Source of the DNA: Cetorhinus maximus
Lineage: Eukaryota
Direction of reading: 5' to 3'
Assembly: GCF_964194155.1 (NCBI RefSeq)
Contig: NC_135885.1
Location: 60,884,001 to 60,948,000 of the forward strand
Length of the DNA: 64,000 nt
Shown here: piece after piece, positions 48,806 to 61,574 of the stretch
Layout: every line of letters begins with the position of its first letter
How positions within the stretch are numbered: the first letter of the stretch is position 1
Notes under the pieces: model-generated
Databases searched by the model: none
What the model was told of the DNA's origin: nothing
Seen by the model: only the letters and a program-made list of their open reading frames with translations
Made by a program: the position numbers and the translations under genes

Positions 48806-49745
48806 GGATGTCCAGGTGAACATGCAAGGGAGGGCTCTGATGTGTCCATGACTGCCTCCTGGGGAGGGCAATAAGGGTGGGTGTGGAACGAAGGAATGGT
48901 GAGAATGACTGAAGGCAGAATGAGGCATAGGGTGGGAGGGGTAGGGTTTGACGGTAGCGATAGAAGGGATGGTGGGGACTCGGAGGCAGACATGGACCCT
49001 GGGGGTCAGAAGAAGGAGGTTTGGGAGGTTAATGTAGATGGGGGTGGGATTTTTGGGAAGGAAGGGAATGTGCACGTTCACCCGGACCTCCCCGAAGGAA
49101 AAGGGTTGTGGCCGGTAGGTGACAGTGGGGAGGTGGAAGGTGATGCCAGGAGGGGCAACAGTGAAAGGAAATGGGGGACTGGGGTAGGCGGAAGGATGGG
49201 GGAGCTGACGAAAAAGTGAATCAAGGCCATGCTAAGTCCAAAGTGAAATGACAGTCGTGGTGGGCGAGATCAAGTGCTGCAAGGGGGTGTGATCATTGGG
49301 TAGTGAGCCCATGACTGCCTACTGGGGAATGAACTGAGGGTGGGTGCGGAATGGAATGGTGAGAATGACTGAGGGAAGACTGAGGCGGTCAGGTGAGGAT
49401 TCGACAATAGTGATAGAATGGACGGCGAGGATGGTTGTCGGGGACCCAGAGGCAGACACATACCCTGGAAGTGGAAGGAGGAGGTCAGGGAGGTTAATAT
49501 GGATGGGATGGGATTTTGGGGGAGGAGGGGAATGCACACGTTCACCTGGACATCGCTGAAGGAAAAGGCTTGTGGCTGGTAGGTCACAGAAGGGAGGTGG
49601 AAGGTGATGCCAGGAGGGGTCAACTCTGTTGGAGGAAAGGAAATGGGTGAATGGGGGAGGGAAAAAGGGGGAAGTGAATGAAAATCTGAATCATGACCAT
49701 GCTGTCTAAATCAAAAATGAAACAAGAGTCCTGGTGGACAAGATC

Positions 49746-50417
49746 AGACCCAGACCTCCCTGTCGCTTGCCATTTCAACACACCATCCTGCTGTCATGCC
49801 CACATCTCCGTCCTTGGCCTGCTGTAATGCTCCAGTGAAGCTCAATGCAAACTGGAGGAACAGCACCTCATCTTCTGCCTATGCACTCTACAGCCTTCTG
49901 GACTTAACATTGAGTTCAACAATTTCAGATCATGAACTCTCTCCTCTATCCCCACCCCCTTTCCGATCCCCCTTTTTCCAATAATTTAAATAATTTTTTT
50001 TTACAACTATTTTTTTCTCTTCCCTCCTATTTTTAAATTTATTTCGATCTATTGTTTCAACTCTACCTTTTAGCCTATTTCGATCCTTTCCCCCTACCCC
50101 ACCCGCACTAGGGCCATCTGCCACTAGCTTGCTTCCCTTAATGTCACCATTAGCACATTCCTTAGCTAATATCACCATCGTCAACACCCCTTTGTCCTTT
50201 TATCTATGACATCTTTGGCTGTCTCTTCTTGGCCTCCCCCTATCACTGGCCCCCTATCAAACTCTCCTGTCCCACCCCCTTCTACCAGCTTATATTTCAT
50301 CTCATTTCTATATGTCTTAGTTCTGATGAAGGGTCATATGGACTCGAAATGTCAACTGTATCCCTCTCCGCAGATGCTGTCAGACCTGTTGAGTTTTTCC
50401 AGGTATTTTTGTTTTTA
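49746..50417 (+). mobile_element. 5'-truncated Penelope element
   Basis: DPDLPVACHFN ... LQPSGLNIEFNNFRS followed by 3' UTR and hammerhead-bearing terminal repeat. Confidence 0.92.
50319..50357 (+). ncRNA. Minimal type I hammerhead ribozyme motif (canonical core)
   Basis: agtt CTGATGA a gggtc atatg gactc GAAA tGTC aact. Confidence 0.75.
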
Positions 50418-53254
50418 TGCTGCATGGTAATGTGATCAGTGGATGGGTAGAGAATCAGGAATGCTCAGATGGACAATTAAAAGCAAAGCCCAGCAGGCAG
50501 AATTGAAAATGCTTAAGACATTAAGGTGAGTGTGATACGTGAAGGATCCACGTGCGTGGGAGAGTGCTTGCATGAGGCTCTGAAAGGCCCTGTCACACAC
50601 ACACACACTTCTCCCTCCAGAATCACTCGTTGGCCAGCTGCTCCCTCTGCGGTGACAGAGGACGAGGTTGAGGGGCACTCAGAGGGAGAGGGCAGCCTCT
50701 GAAGTTACTGAATAGATGACCCAGAGGTGTCCAGCTGCTGCTCCTCCCGTCAGGTGCCCAGGGCCCCAGCCTGACTCCTTTAGGGGAAGGAGCACTTGGG
50801 GAGACAGGACACCAGGGTACCCCATTTCCCTCTTGCGTTGCCACTGCAGGAACCTACCCATGGTTCCTGCAATGGAGTGCAGGTCTACACACATCTCCAC
50901 GTTCTGCTGGACCAGGGTCTCCATGGCATCTGCCATCCTCCCCATGGAAACCTCCATTTGAGGACATGTGGGCACCACTTCATTAGAGAGCAGGCATACG
51001 CGCTCCTCCGACTCGCATGCCACTCTGTTGAGGGCTTCCAACAGCTCTGCCTGATGTTCTCACACCTTCTATTGACTCTCCAGGATGAGTTGGAAGGCTG
51101 AATCCAGAGGCTCAGGCCTCACAGATGCCTCTTCCTCAGCAGTCCTCCAAGTGCCGGAAGCTCGGCTGAACCTGCCTCCTCCTGCTGTGGACACATGTCC
51201 GTGCAGTGACCACCAGATTGCATACCCGATCCTGCTCTAGATCTAGGTCCCACCGAGGTGCATGTCTCTGCGCTGGTGGAGGGTGTAGGTAAGCACTGTG
51301 ACAGGTCTTCCAGGCTGCTTATTTCCAGCGCTTCAATGGAGGAGGTGTCCTCTTAGCTGGGGGTGAGGACCTGGATGGAGCTGAGGGACTGGCTGGCTAA
51401 GGGTGTCAGTCGCTTGGCAGAGCTCCCTGTGAACCAGAGATGATTAGTGCATGTCAGCAGAATCAAAAGCAGGAGAGAGGCAATCACATTTGCATTGAGA
51501 GAGGGATGATGTGGTGCAGGATCCTCACAAGGGTGTTCGCTGCCGGCCATGGTCCATGTCCTTACCAGTCAGTACGATGGCACACTCCTCAAAATGAGTG
51601 AGGGGCCTAATGTGGCCACTCCACCCACAGTCTGCTGTTGTGAGCAGGCTTCTCCTGCATGAAAACAGATGGAGAGAGTGTGAGCAGGACACATGGCACC
51701 GCGTGGAATGTCTGTGTGGTGAGCGGAGCCATGGACAGGATGAGGACACGAGCTCGAGGGGATATGAGCCTGATGGAGATGTGAGTATGTGTGTGAGAGC
51801 AGTGTTGTCCCTTGAGATGTGAGATCCCTGTGGATGTGTGATGGGTTTGTGAGTGCGTGAGTTGAGAGTGATGAGAAGAGTGAGTTACCCTGACGGAACA
51901 GATGAGACCATTCATCCTGCAGCAGCACTGGGATGGCTGTCCTCTTTTGCAGGCTCGTCATGATGTCCTCTTTTGCAGGGCATTGACGCTGACCACGGCT
52001 GCCATTGCCTCCCATGCTGGACTGGTGATGCATCTGCCCATCCTGCGGCCAGAGTGGGGGTAGAGGACATCATGACGAGCCTCCACTGCTCCCAAAAGGC
52101 GCTCGAGGGACGCATCATTGAACCTGGGAGCTGCAGTCTTTTTGGCTTTCAGGGCCATCCTGTCTTCTGTGTGGCAGCCCTGGGCTGGGAGCACTGAGAG
52201 ATGTGCTGCACTTTAAATATGGCGTGCTGAAGTGGCGTGGCGGGCGAATGAAAGCCTGCCTGCCATGGAAATGACGTGTTTCCCGGGAATGCATAATTAA
52301 TGCGGCGGGTTTAGGACGATATGACATGAAAAGCCGCCGTTGCAGCCGGCAGGTGAAATGTCGTTTTACCCGCCCTCCACCGCACTTAGTGCGAACCTGC
52401 GACAATTCTGCCCAGAGTGTAAACTATTTGAGTTGCTGTGTAGAACTACGAAAAGACTCGGGGGAAAAACAAACTGCACTGTCCCCTTTTGATGAAGTAT
52501 GCACTGCTTGGTTTTCCTGTTTCCTACTGCTTGGATGTAAGCAGTCACCAATAGAAGAGTTTAGAAATAAACAGGTATGGAAGAGAATGATGAATGTGCA
52601 TCATAAACTCTATCAGAGTTACAGCAGTAATGGACTTTCCTTCCCTGCAGTGTGGTGTGTTTGATGTTTGTAGATGAAAGCAGTATTTTATCTTCTGAGC
52701 ACTACAATATACAAAGAAAGCCTAGGGTGTTGTCATAGTTTCAAGCAATTTCATTTTCAATAGAGTTGTACTAGAATAGGCTCTGCATGCAGTCTGTGTG
52801 CCTTAATAGTTACAAACTTGATAAAATGCAGTCTCACAGTGTTTGATGACAAAGGTCCTGGACAGCAGGAGAAGCAAAAAGGATACTGGCCAAGTGCCAA
52901 TCAGGGAAGTGCCCAGGCAGCACTAACATTGAAGTTGGAGGTTGAAGACACACCAGCCAGTTTGTGAATAGAGGGGAAGGAGAAGCATCGAGAGGATTTG
53001 GATGGTACCTGAAACATATGGGAAAATGAGAGATTAAAAAGAGTTATGACTCATTGAGGGATTGATCAAGAGAAGGACTGGGAAAGTTTGCAACAAGAAA
53101 GAAAAAGGAAAGATCAGGCAAAATTTTGGTGCAGTGGGGCTTGGGGACGAATATAAGGGATACAAGAAGGAGATCAGATAAAGTTGTGAAAAATTGAGAG
53201 TAAAGTTTTGCATCCATGTTGGGGGGGGTGTCAGGAGAGAGGGGACATTAATTA

Positions 53255-55025
53255 GGCATGGCATGGCATGTACCCTTTCTCCTCCAACAACAAGTGTGAG
53301 GAGCTCATGGACTTCTTTGTCACTCAGATTGAGACCATCCATTCAACTATCTCTTCCACTTCCCTCCCTTTCCCCTAACTCACTGCGGTATCTTTCTTCT
53401 AAGGTTACCCCTGTCCTAGCCCGGAACTTGCATCTTTCTCTACTTTCTCTCCAATCTCCCCTCATGCCCCCTCCAAGCTCATCTTATCCATGAGACCTCC
53501 TATTCCCTCGACTCTATTCCCATGAAACTGGGAGCTTTCTTTCTGGCCACCATATTAGCTGACATTGTTAATGGTTCTCTCTCCTGGGGCACTGTCTCCC
53601 TCCCCTTAAACTCTGCTATCATCATCCCTGCTCAAAAACAATCTCTGCCCTTGCAAATGACTGCCTCACATCCAACTTTCCTTTCCTCTCCAAAGTCCTT
53701 GAAAGTGCTGTCACGTCACCAGTCCATGCCCACCTTTACCAGAACTCCATGTTTGAATCCCTCTAATCAAGTTTCCAACTCTTCTGAAAAGGCTCTTACG
53801 AAAGTCACAAATTACATCTTATGTGACCATCACCTAATCATCCTTCTCGGCCTCTCTGCAACATTTGACACAATTGACTACACGATCCTCCTCCAATGCC
53901 GTTCTTCTATTTTCCAGCTGAGTGGAACTCGCCTGGTTCCAATTTAATCTGTCCAGTTGTAGCCAGAGAAACACCTTCAATAGCTTCTTTTCTCTCTCCT
54001 ACACCAGTACCTCTGGTGTCCCCTGAGAATCTATCCTTGGTCCCCTCCCATTTATATGCTGACTCTAAGTGGCATCATTCAAAGACACACTGACATGTTC
54101 CACTTGTACATTGACAACAGCCAGCTTTATCTCACAGCACTTCTCTCAATACCTCCACTGTCTCTAAGTTGTCAGACTGCTTATTCAACATCTAGTACTG
54201 AATGAGCAGCAATTCCCTCCAGTCAAATATTTGGAAGACTGCAGCCACTGTCTTTGGTCCCTGCAACAAACTCTGTTCCCTAGCCATCAACTCCATCCAA
54301 CTATCTGAAGCTGAAGCAGACTGTTTGCTACCTTGGCGTATATTTCAACTCAAGATGAACTTCTGACCACTTCTCTGCACCATCACTAAGACCACCTACC
54401 TCTCTAACATTGCCCGACTCCACCCTGCCTCAAGTCATCTGCTGTTGAAACCCTCATCCATGCTTTTGTTACCTCTAGGCTTGACCATTCCCACACTCCT
54501 GGCCAGCCTTCCATCTTCCCCCTCCATAAACTTAAGATAATCTAAACCTTTGCTGCTTGTATCTAACTTGCACCAACTCCCCATCAGCCCTGTGCTCACT
54601 GACCTACATTGGCTCCTGGTTAAGCAACACTTCAATTTTAAAATTCTCATCCTTGTTTTCAGATTCCTCCATGGCCTCGTCCCTCACTAATTCTGCAACC
54701 CCCTCAGCCCTACACCCCTCTGAGATATACTTTCCTCCATTCTGGCATCTTAAACGTCCCTAGTTTTAATTGCTCCACCATTGGCAGCCATGCCTTCAGT
54801 TGCTAAGACCTTAAGCTCTGGAATTCCTTCCCCAATCATCTCCACTTCTCTTTCCTCCTTTAATATGCTCCTCAAAACCTACCTCTTCAAACAAGCTTTT
54901 GGTCATCTGCCCTGATATTTCCTAAATGTGGCTCCGTGTCAAATTTTCTTTGATAATGTTCCTGCAGAGCACTGTGGGATGTTTTACTATGTTAAAGGCG
55001 CTACATAAATGCAAGTTGGCGTTGT
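53255..55025 (+). mobile_element. L2 LINE, decayed 3' portion
   Basis: LADIVNGSL, LSATFDTIDY, and typical L2 tail caagcttttggtca ... ggcgctacataaatgcaagttg. Confidence 0.88.
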
Positions 55026-56548
55026 TGGGGGGAGAGATGAGAAAAAAAAGGTGGAAAAAGAATTTCTGTTGCAAGTTTGCAATCAGTATGATTGTGGGGA
55101 AGAATAGAGAGCTGCACCTGAGAGGTGATGAGGGCATTGAAGGGAATCAGCAGGCCAAGAGGTCACAAAACAAAGTGAGCCTAATTTAATGAAAAGCCAC
55201 ATTTGTAAAACAAAAATAAGAACCTGATCAAAACCTGATCAGCGAAGACTTGTAAGTATGGTTGAGCTTGCCCCTTAAGAATACAATGTCATGTGAGTGC
55301 AGAATTCTGATTTCCTTTCTGCAGAAGCACAATAACATTTTGTATTTCATAATGGACTAGCTGGTAAAAGAATCAGAGCTAAAGATGTCCTTCTATGAGG
55401 TGGGATAAGGTGGAATGATCAGTGTACATTTTTGACAGCTGGAAGGCATTTAAAAATGCTTGATCTTTTTGATACTCCCCTTTAATGCACTCTGTTAGAG
55501 GAGGTCATCAGATACATCAGGTACCAGGCTTGAAGACTACCATTTGCACATTGGAGATGACAACAGAGACGATTGTTGGAACCCTGACAATGTAAAAATG
55601 GAGAGAAACTATCTGCCATTTTGACCCAGCATAGATCACTTGTATGGTACCACAACTCACACTGTGGTCATCAAACAATGCATATTCAATTGGAATGGGC
55701 TGTACCTACCTGTCTCAATTTAGCACCAGGAATATATAGCTCACTGGTTTGTCCAGGACGCCAAGCAATGGAGTGGTCCAGTGCATTGTGCCCATTTTTC
55801 GAGCGTAAAACAGGTGCAACACATACCAATTTAACAGTGGGACAGCCTGCACCTAATCTGCATAGGTAGTGGCCCCACTGCCAAATTTGTGGGGCCCATT
55901 CTAGCCATCCCTGCGGATGCCTTAAACAGGACTTAGATCCCCTGAATACATAAATTCAGGCCTAACATCCATTAAAGGACCCCTTTCTGATATTTAGTGA
56001 ATGATGAGCAAAGTTTTACTCCCGTGTTTTAAGGGGACTGTACCCACTCCCACTTCATTAATTTTAGTGAATACAATCAAACTTATGGAAAATTATCAAT
56101 TGGATCACTGTTGATTTTAACTTGAATTTAGTTACTTTCCATATGTGAGACAAATGTTGGCAACTTAAACAGGCAGCTTTTGTAAAAGCACCAAATTATA
56201 TTCCAATGAATCTTTCTACTATATGGCACATTCAAGTCTGATTATAAAATGAATGAATTTGTATTTATGAATGTAATTCATTTAAGAAAAGTTATTCAAC
56301 TAAACAGGGTTTTTCGATACATGGTTAGGTGAATTAGATCAGACAAAAAATATATATTTTAATTTTAGTTCAGCCTATAGCACAGGAATGAAAAGGTCAT
56401 TTTTAGCATCTGGTTAACAGCTTCAACAGTCACCCATATTGTTTGGGGTAAAGAAAAAAATCACAGTTCTTCAACCTGCAGATATTAACATTAATAGTTT
56501 CACAACATTCATTCTCAAACTCAATAGAGTTAATGAGAAAAAATGACA

Positions 56549-56751
56549 AAACAAAAACAGAAATACCTGGAAAAACTCAGCAGGTCTGGCAGCATCGGCG
56601 GAGAAGAACAAATGTTCTGTTGAAGGGTCACGAGGACTCGAAACGTCAACTTTGTTCTTCTCCGCCGATGCTGCCACACCTGCTGAGTTTTTCCAGGTAT
56701 TTCTGTTTTTGTTTTGGATTTCCTGCATCTGCAGTTTTTTGTTTTTATCTC
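56549..56751. mobile_element. Palindromic Penelope/hammerhead mini-insertion
   Basis: Near-perfect inverted arms of about 64 bp around a hammerhead motif. 15-bp TSD tgagaaaaaatgaca at 56534-56548 and 56752-56766. Confidence 0.92.
56614..56650 (+). ncRNA. Minimal type I hammerhead ribozyme motif (CUGUUGA variant)
   Basis: gtt CTGTTGA a gggtc acgag gactc GAAA cGTC aac. Confidence 0.68.
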
Positions 56752-57464
56752 TGAGAAAAAATGACATTTTGCTGCAGTGACACAGATGATTCAATTTTCT
56801 TTAAGTTGTTTCATCTGCAGCAACTAAGAGCAGAAGAAATTAGTTTTTTTACAGATCCAACCTTGAAATCTTAACTCCTACACACTTGAGACATTCATGT
56901 TGAAAATCTTATAATAAATAACAATCATAGTACAGGGCACATTAATTCCCACCTCCACAAATTGTTTCCTTTAGAATTTGAGTCTGTTCAGAAAGATAGC
57001 ATGCCAATATCATTGGCTATTTTTCATATTTCCAAGGCTCATGAAGCACAAACATGCAGTTATTTTGGACAATATTATGTCTGATGAAATATGTGGCATA
57101 AATTTGACAGCACATTGCTCACATTCTCTTCCTTTGTACCAGGCCATTTCATAGATCCTTATCCCTATTAGGAAAACTACCTCTATTTTCTAGGCATTAA
57201 CTACTATGTACAGTTCTCATATGTTGATGTTCAAATTGCACCTGTAAGCATCGTTGTCAAAGATGACACATAAGCAGCTTACAATAAAACAGAGTTTTTC
57301 TCAAAAGCAACAAAGAGGAATATCAGCCCTTTAAACTCAAACCATCATCCCTTAATTTTTATTTCTAAATCTGTTTTTAAAAGGTATATATATATATTTA
57401 CATATATATATATGTATTTATGTATGAATTTAAGATAGAATGATTACTACTAAATTCATTGTCG

Positions 57465-57640
57465 TTAGATCAAATTCCTGGTACATCCAGCCTAATAGCA
57501 TCAGGGAGCACCTTCAGCACACACAGTGCAGCCGTTCAAGAAGAAGATTCACTGCTACCTTCTCCAGGGCAATGAGAGATGGTCAGTAAATGCTGGTCTT
57601 GCCAGGGATTCTGACAATGCAAGAGCAAATTTAAAAAAAC
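57465..57640 (+). repeat. Family-2 LINE 3' tail fragment
   Basis: gttcaagaagaagattcactgctaccttctccagggcaat ... aaatgctgg is homologous to 43610-43720. Confidence 0.75.
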
Positions 57641-58507
57641 TTGGTCAAATAATGACTGCACCCTTATACAGTAACCACCTAACCTAATGAAGATTAGCAG
57701 CAGAAATGCTGCCAAATATTGCCCTTAGCAACCATGAGCCAATGACATTCTTGAGTTGAAGAACCTGGAGTTTTTAAGGGAAATCTCAATTGAGCATTGT
57801 GTAAATTTGTTTAAAATTAGAATTAAAAATTGATGTAAAATTACAATTTCAGTCCTAATCAATGTTACCATTATTATACTTTCCCGGTTGTTCAACTTGA
57901 GCTAAAAAAATTGGATACCTGGGTGAAAGTGTTGAGCCAACTATTTTATTTAACACTGCACCTTTTACATGCCAGTGTGCATTGTCTTTCACATGGTTAG
58001 ACTATGACATAGGGCAGGATTTTTCGCTCAGCATGCGGGCGCGCACCCAACATGCCCGAGCGTGAAATAAAGCGCGTTGACTTTGGCCAAGCGTGCCGAC
58101 GTCATCGCACACTCTCGCAATATTTCGCTAGGCAAGCACACAATGAAGACGGAGGCACGCCCGCCATTAATTAAATGGTCAGTTAAGGCCCTTGAGACAC
58201 CAATTGTCTCCGACATTACGTAGCCCATGCGATTTTCAGGCCATCGCATGGGCAGGCGGGGAGGCCACAATTTGCAAAACCTCATCCATGGGTGGGATAA
58301 GAGGGGTCAGTGGCCTTGTCAAAGTGATTAGTGAGGAGCTTAGGATTTCACTTGCTGCTGCTTGCTTCTGTGAACAGAACAGCTTCATTTCGCTTCAGAG
58401 CTGCATTCAGAGGCTTCAGTTCAGGACTCTGTTGTTTTCCAGGCCCCCGGGGGATTCAGACCATTTGGACCCTTTCAGGTATCAGACAACCTTCCCTTAC
58501 TCTGGTA

Positions 58508-59425
58508 ATGGGGATTGTGATCTTCGCTGGAGGCACCTCCTCTGAGGAGAAAGAGAGGACCAGAAGGGGGAGAAGGCCAGGTACCCCTATTCAGCCTCCA
58601 GGGGAGCGACCTGTGGGAGGACAGGCGCAGGCACAAGGGGTGTAGGGCCAACTGGAAGTCCAAGGTGGAAGGGCCTGCAGAAGATGCCAATATCCTGCTG
58701 CCAGGTGGCAATGCAGCTACCTCAATATGTCTGAGGTGCTGTGCCGAAGGAGGCTCCACCTCTCAAGGCAGATGGTGACCTCCATTTGTCAGAGGATCGG
58801 CCCCGAGACTGTGTGGGCGGACACCCCATGCCAGTGGCACTGAAGGTCATGGTGGCCCTCAACTTCTATGCCTCTGGCTCCTTCCAGGGGTCAGTGGGGG
58901 ATCTGTGTGGAGTGTCCCAATCAGCTGTCCACAGTTGCGTCAAACTGGCGACAGATGCTCTGTTCAGATGTGCAATGACTTTCATTCATTACTGTACAGA
59001 CGAAGCCAGCCAGGTAGAGTGAGCCAGAGACTTCACAGTGATTGCTGGCTTCCCCCCCCCCCACCGTCCAGGGTGCAATAGACTGCACACATGTGGCCAT
59101 CAAGGCACCAGCGGGTGAGCCCGGTGCCTTCGTCAACAGGAAGGGCTTCCACTCCATGAACGTGCTGATAGTGTGTGATCATAGGATGCTGATTCTACAA
59201 GTCTGTGCAAGGTACCCTGGCACTCCCATGAGGCCTACGTCCTCAGACATTCCCAGGTGCCGAGGCTCTGCAGTGCTCCAACCCAAATGGATGGATGGCT
59301 GCTGGGTGACAAGGGCTACCACTCAAAAGGTGGCTCATGACGCCTCTCCACCACCCAAGAACAGAGGCCGAGCAGCGGTACAACAGGAGCCACGCCTCTA
59401 CAAGGGCTGTGATAGAGAGAACCAG
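58508..59425 (+). pseudogene. Harbinger DDE transposase (HARBI1-like), frameshifted and 3'-deleted
   Basis: [48 protein letters not shown] and TRAVIERT are spread over several frames. Confidence 0.9.
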
Positions 59426-59512
59426 ACTTCATGCTCCATACTCGATCCCTGACAGCACCAGTTCCTTGGCCAACAACATACACTATGTGCTATTGCAATA
59501 AAGTGTAAGGAG

Positions 59513-60678
59513 TTACACGTCCATCATAACATCATGGCTTACCCTGCACCTACAGAACAAATGAAGCATCCAGAGGCCAGTTGCACAAAAAAACATATCA
59601 TTTACTGGTGACTGACAAATATTGCAAAAATTAACATCCATGATACCATTAAAAAACACAGAAAAATGGGGGAAACAAATATCACCCATGATCAGACTGT
59701 GTTGTGTGTAAGGTGCTTTAAGCTTTTGCTTGCGGGTGCTACGTCTAGGTCCTCCCCCCTCGCTGGCCCCGGGATTGGAGACAGCCTGCTGACTCTGCTG
59801 TCCTGTTGGCCTTGATGGCCTTGGTGGGCATCCTCTGGCCAGTGGAGCCTGTGCTGGCCCCGTCTGGGAAGGAGCGGCCAGTGCCATGGTTGGCATCTCC
59901 CCAGTTGCCGCAGCCTCATCGGATGCCACGGTCACTGGCAGAGCGGCGGAGGAGCTGCTGCCATCATCCGGAGTGCCCTGAGAGGAGCCCACAGAGACAA
60001 GAGGTAGCTCACGCGCCAACATGATGTCACTGTGGACCTCCCTGCACACCATCGATGGATGGGCACTTAGATGGGATACGGGGTACCCAATCCATCTCCC
60101 ACACTGACACTGACCAGCTGAGGTCATTGCCAGTGTGAGGACTTGCAGGTCCGAGCCCATCCCTAGGAAGCCCTGATTGAGTCCCTGGAGGAGCCTCTCC
60201 ACGAGAGTCACCACTCTCTCCATGGAGGAGTCATTGTGCTTGGCCATGAGGGTTAATGCAGTGCTTATGGTCCGCAGGGACCCCTCCACTATGGAGACCA
60301 GACCACGCATTCCCTCATGTATCTCCGCCAGATCCTCCCGTACACACTGCTGGACATCCAGCATCTGCTGCCTCATGGACAACTCCAGAGGCACATCATC
60401 AGCCATCGACTGAGCATTGTCCTGATCCCCAGAAGTCCTCCGACTGCCAGCGCCCTGGGCATTCTCTGCCTCCGCCCGCACCTCAAGCGAGTGTGAAGTG
60501 CCCTCGCCAATGTGCACCGAAATACTAGACGGCGATCTTGTGCCCACCGAGGTGCTGGTACCTGCGCTGGTGCCTGCTGGACAGAGAGGGTGTGATGCAG
60601 GTGCATACTCAGCATGCTGGTCCTCTGGGGTCAGGGGTGAGCCTTCAGGCTCCTCATAATGACCGCCTGCTGGTGAAC
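59513..60678 (-). CDS. Harbinger Myb/SANT protein, exon 3
   Basis: Acceptor ttcttctcccttttAG. Continues in frame into the long ORF with a coiled-coil-like middle and a basic PRRSTRKQKLK motif. Confidence 0.72.
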
Positions 60679-60884
60679 CTAAAAGGGAGAAGAAGGACAT
60701 GTCATTAGTTTAAGTGATTAGACTGTCAGTGTGCATGCCTGGCACCCTGATGAGACAGAGATATGTATCATGGTGCCCTCATCTTACCATTATCAATGAG
60801 GGTTCCAGGTTCGAATCTCACATCAATATACATTGGAGTGGTTGCAAAAACTCACATTCTCACCTCAGGGCACTGCACTCTTAC

Positions 60885-61041
60885 CTCTCTCTGGCACCCC
60901 AACCTCACCGTGACTGCTTGACCAAGGTGCGTGGTGCCTCTCCAGCTCCAAGGCTTCCTGCTCATATCGACTGATGATTAGGAGGTGTGGGGGTCCCCTG
61001 CCAGTCCGCAACCTCTCAATATTGTTATGGGATGTTTTCTC
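60885..61041 (-). CDS. Harbinger Myb/SANT protein, exon 2
   Basis: Acceptor tcctttcAG; in-frame EKTSHNNIERLRTGRGPP; 157 nt; donor GTAAGA (phase 1). Confidence 0.75.
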
Positions 61042-61301
61042 CTGAAAGGATAGAGGAGCATTGATTAGTCCATTCTCTACCTGCAGCACCATTGCAGCCT
61101 GGCCAACCCCACCTGAGGAACACCTCGCAGGGCTCAGCTGATTCATGACCCTGGAGCTGCAAGGCACTCAGTCCAAGCAGCCAGGGTTCCCCCTCTTGGC
61201 CAGATCCTGCCTCACTGACATTTGACGCTCACACTATAACACCTCTGAAGTCCACGGGGGGATGGGCAGCTCTTAACTGTTCATGCCAACACAGTACTCA
61301 C

Positions 61302-61574
61302 CCTTCCCCATCGCAGGAGATAGTTAAAGTGCTTCTGGCACGGCATCCATGTGCGCCTCACCACACCATGGCTGCTGACCCTGAATGCCACCTCCTCCCA
61401 GGCCTTTTTGGTGAGGTGGGGGGACCTCCTCCTTCCGCCTCTGGGGACACGTGTTTCTCTCCTCGCTGCCACCTCCTCCAGGAGGGCATCAAGGCACTCA
61501 TCTGAGAAATGCGGGGCTAACTGCCCCACTGACCTGCCCTCCCACCTGTCGTGTCCACCCGCTACGGTCTCCAT
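61302..61574 (-). CDS. Harbinger Myb/SANT DNA-binding protein, exon 1
   Basis: APHFSDECLDALLEEV ... KKAWEEVAFRVS ... RRTWMPCQKHFN. 273 nt, then donor GTGAGT (phase 0). Confidence 0.8.

Larger units (their letters stand above)
47771..52413. mobile_element. Harbinger element with Myb/SANT gene remnant but no transposase
   Basis: TIRs gggcagaatcgtc / gacaattctgccc (12/13), TSD aga. Minus-strand MALKAKKTAAPRFNDASLERLL ... AWEAMAAVVS at 51958-52158 and last-exon remnant SMGRMADAMETL. Confidence 0.85.

Noticed and set aside
57383-57425. (TA)n-rich tract
   Set aside because: Ordinary short microsatellite.
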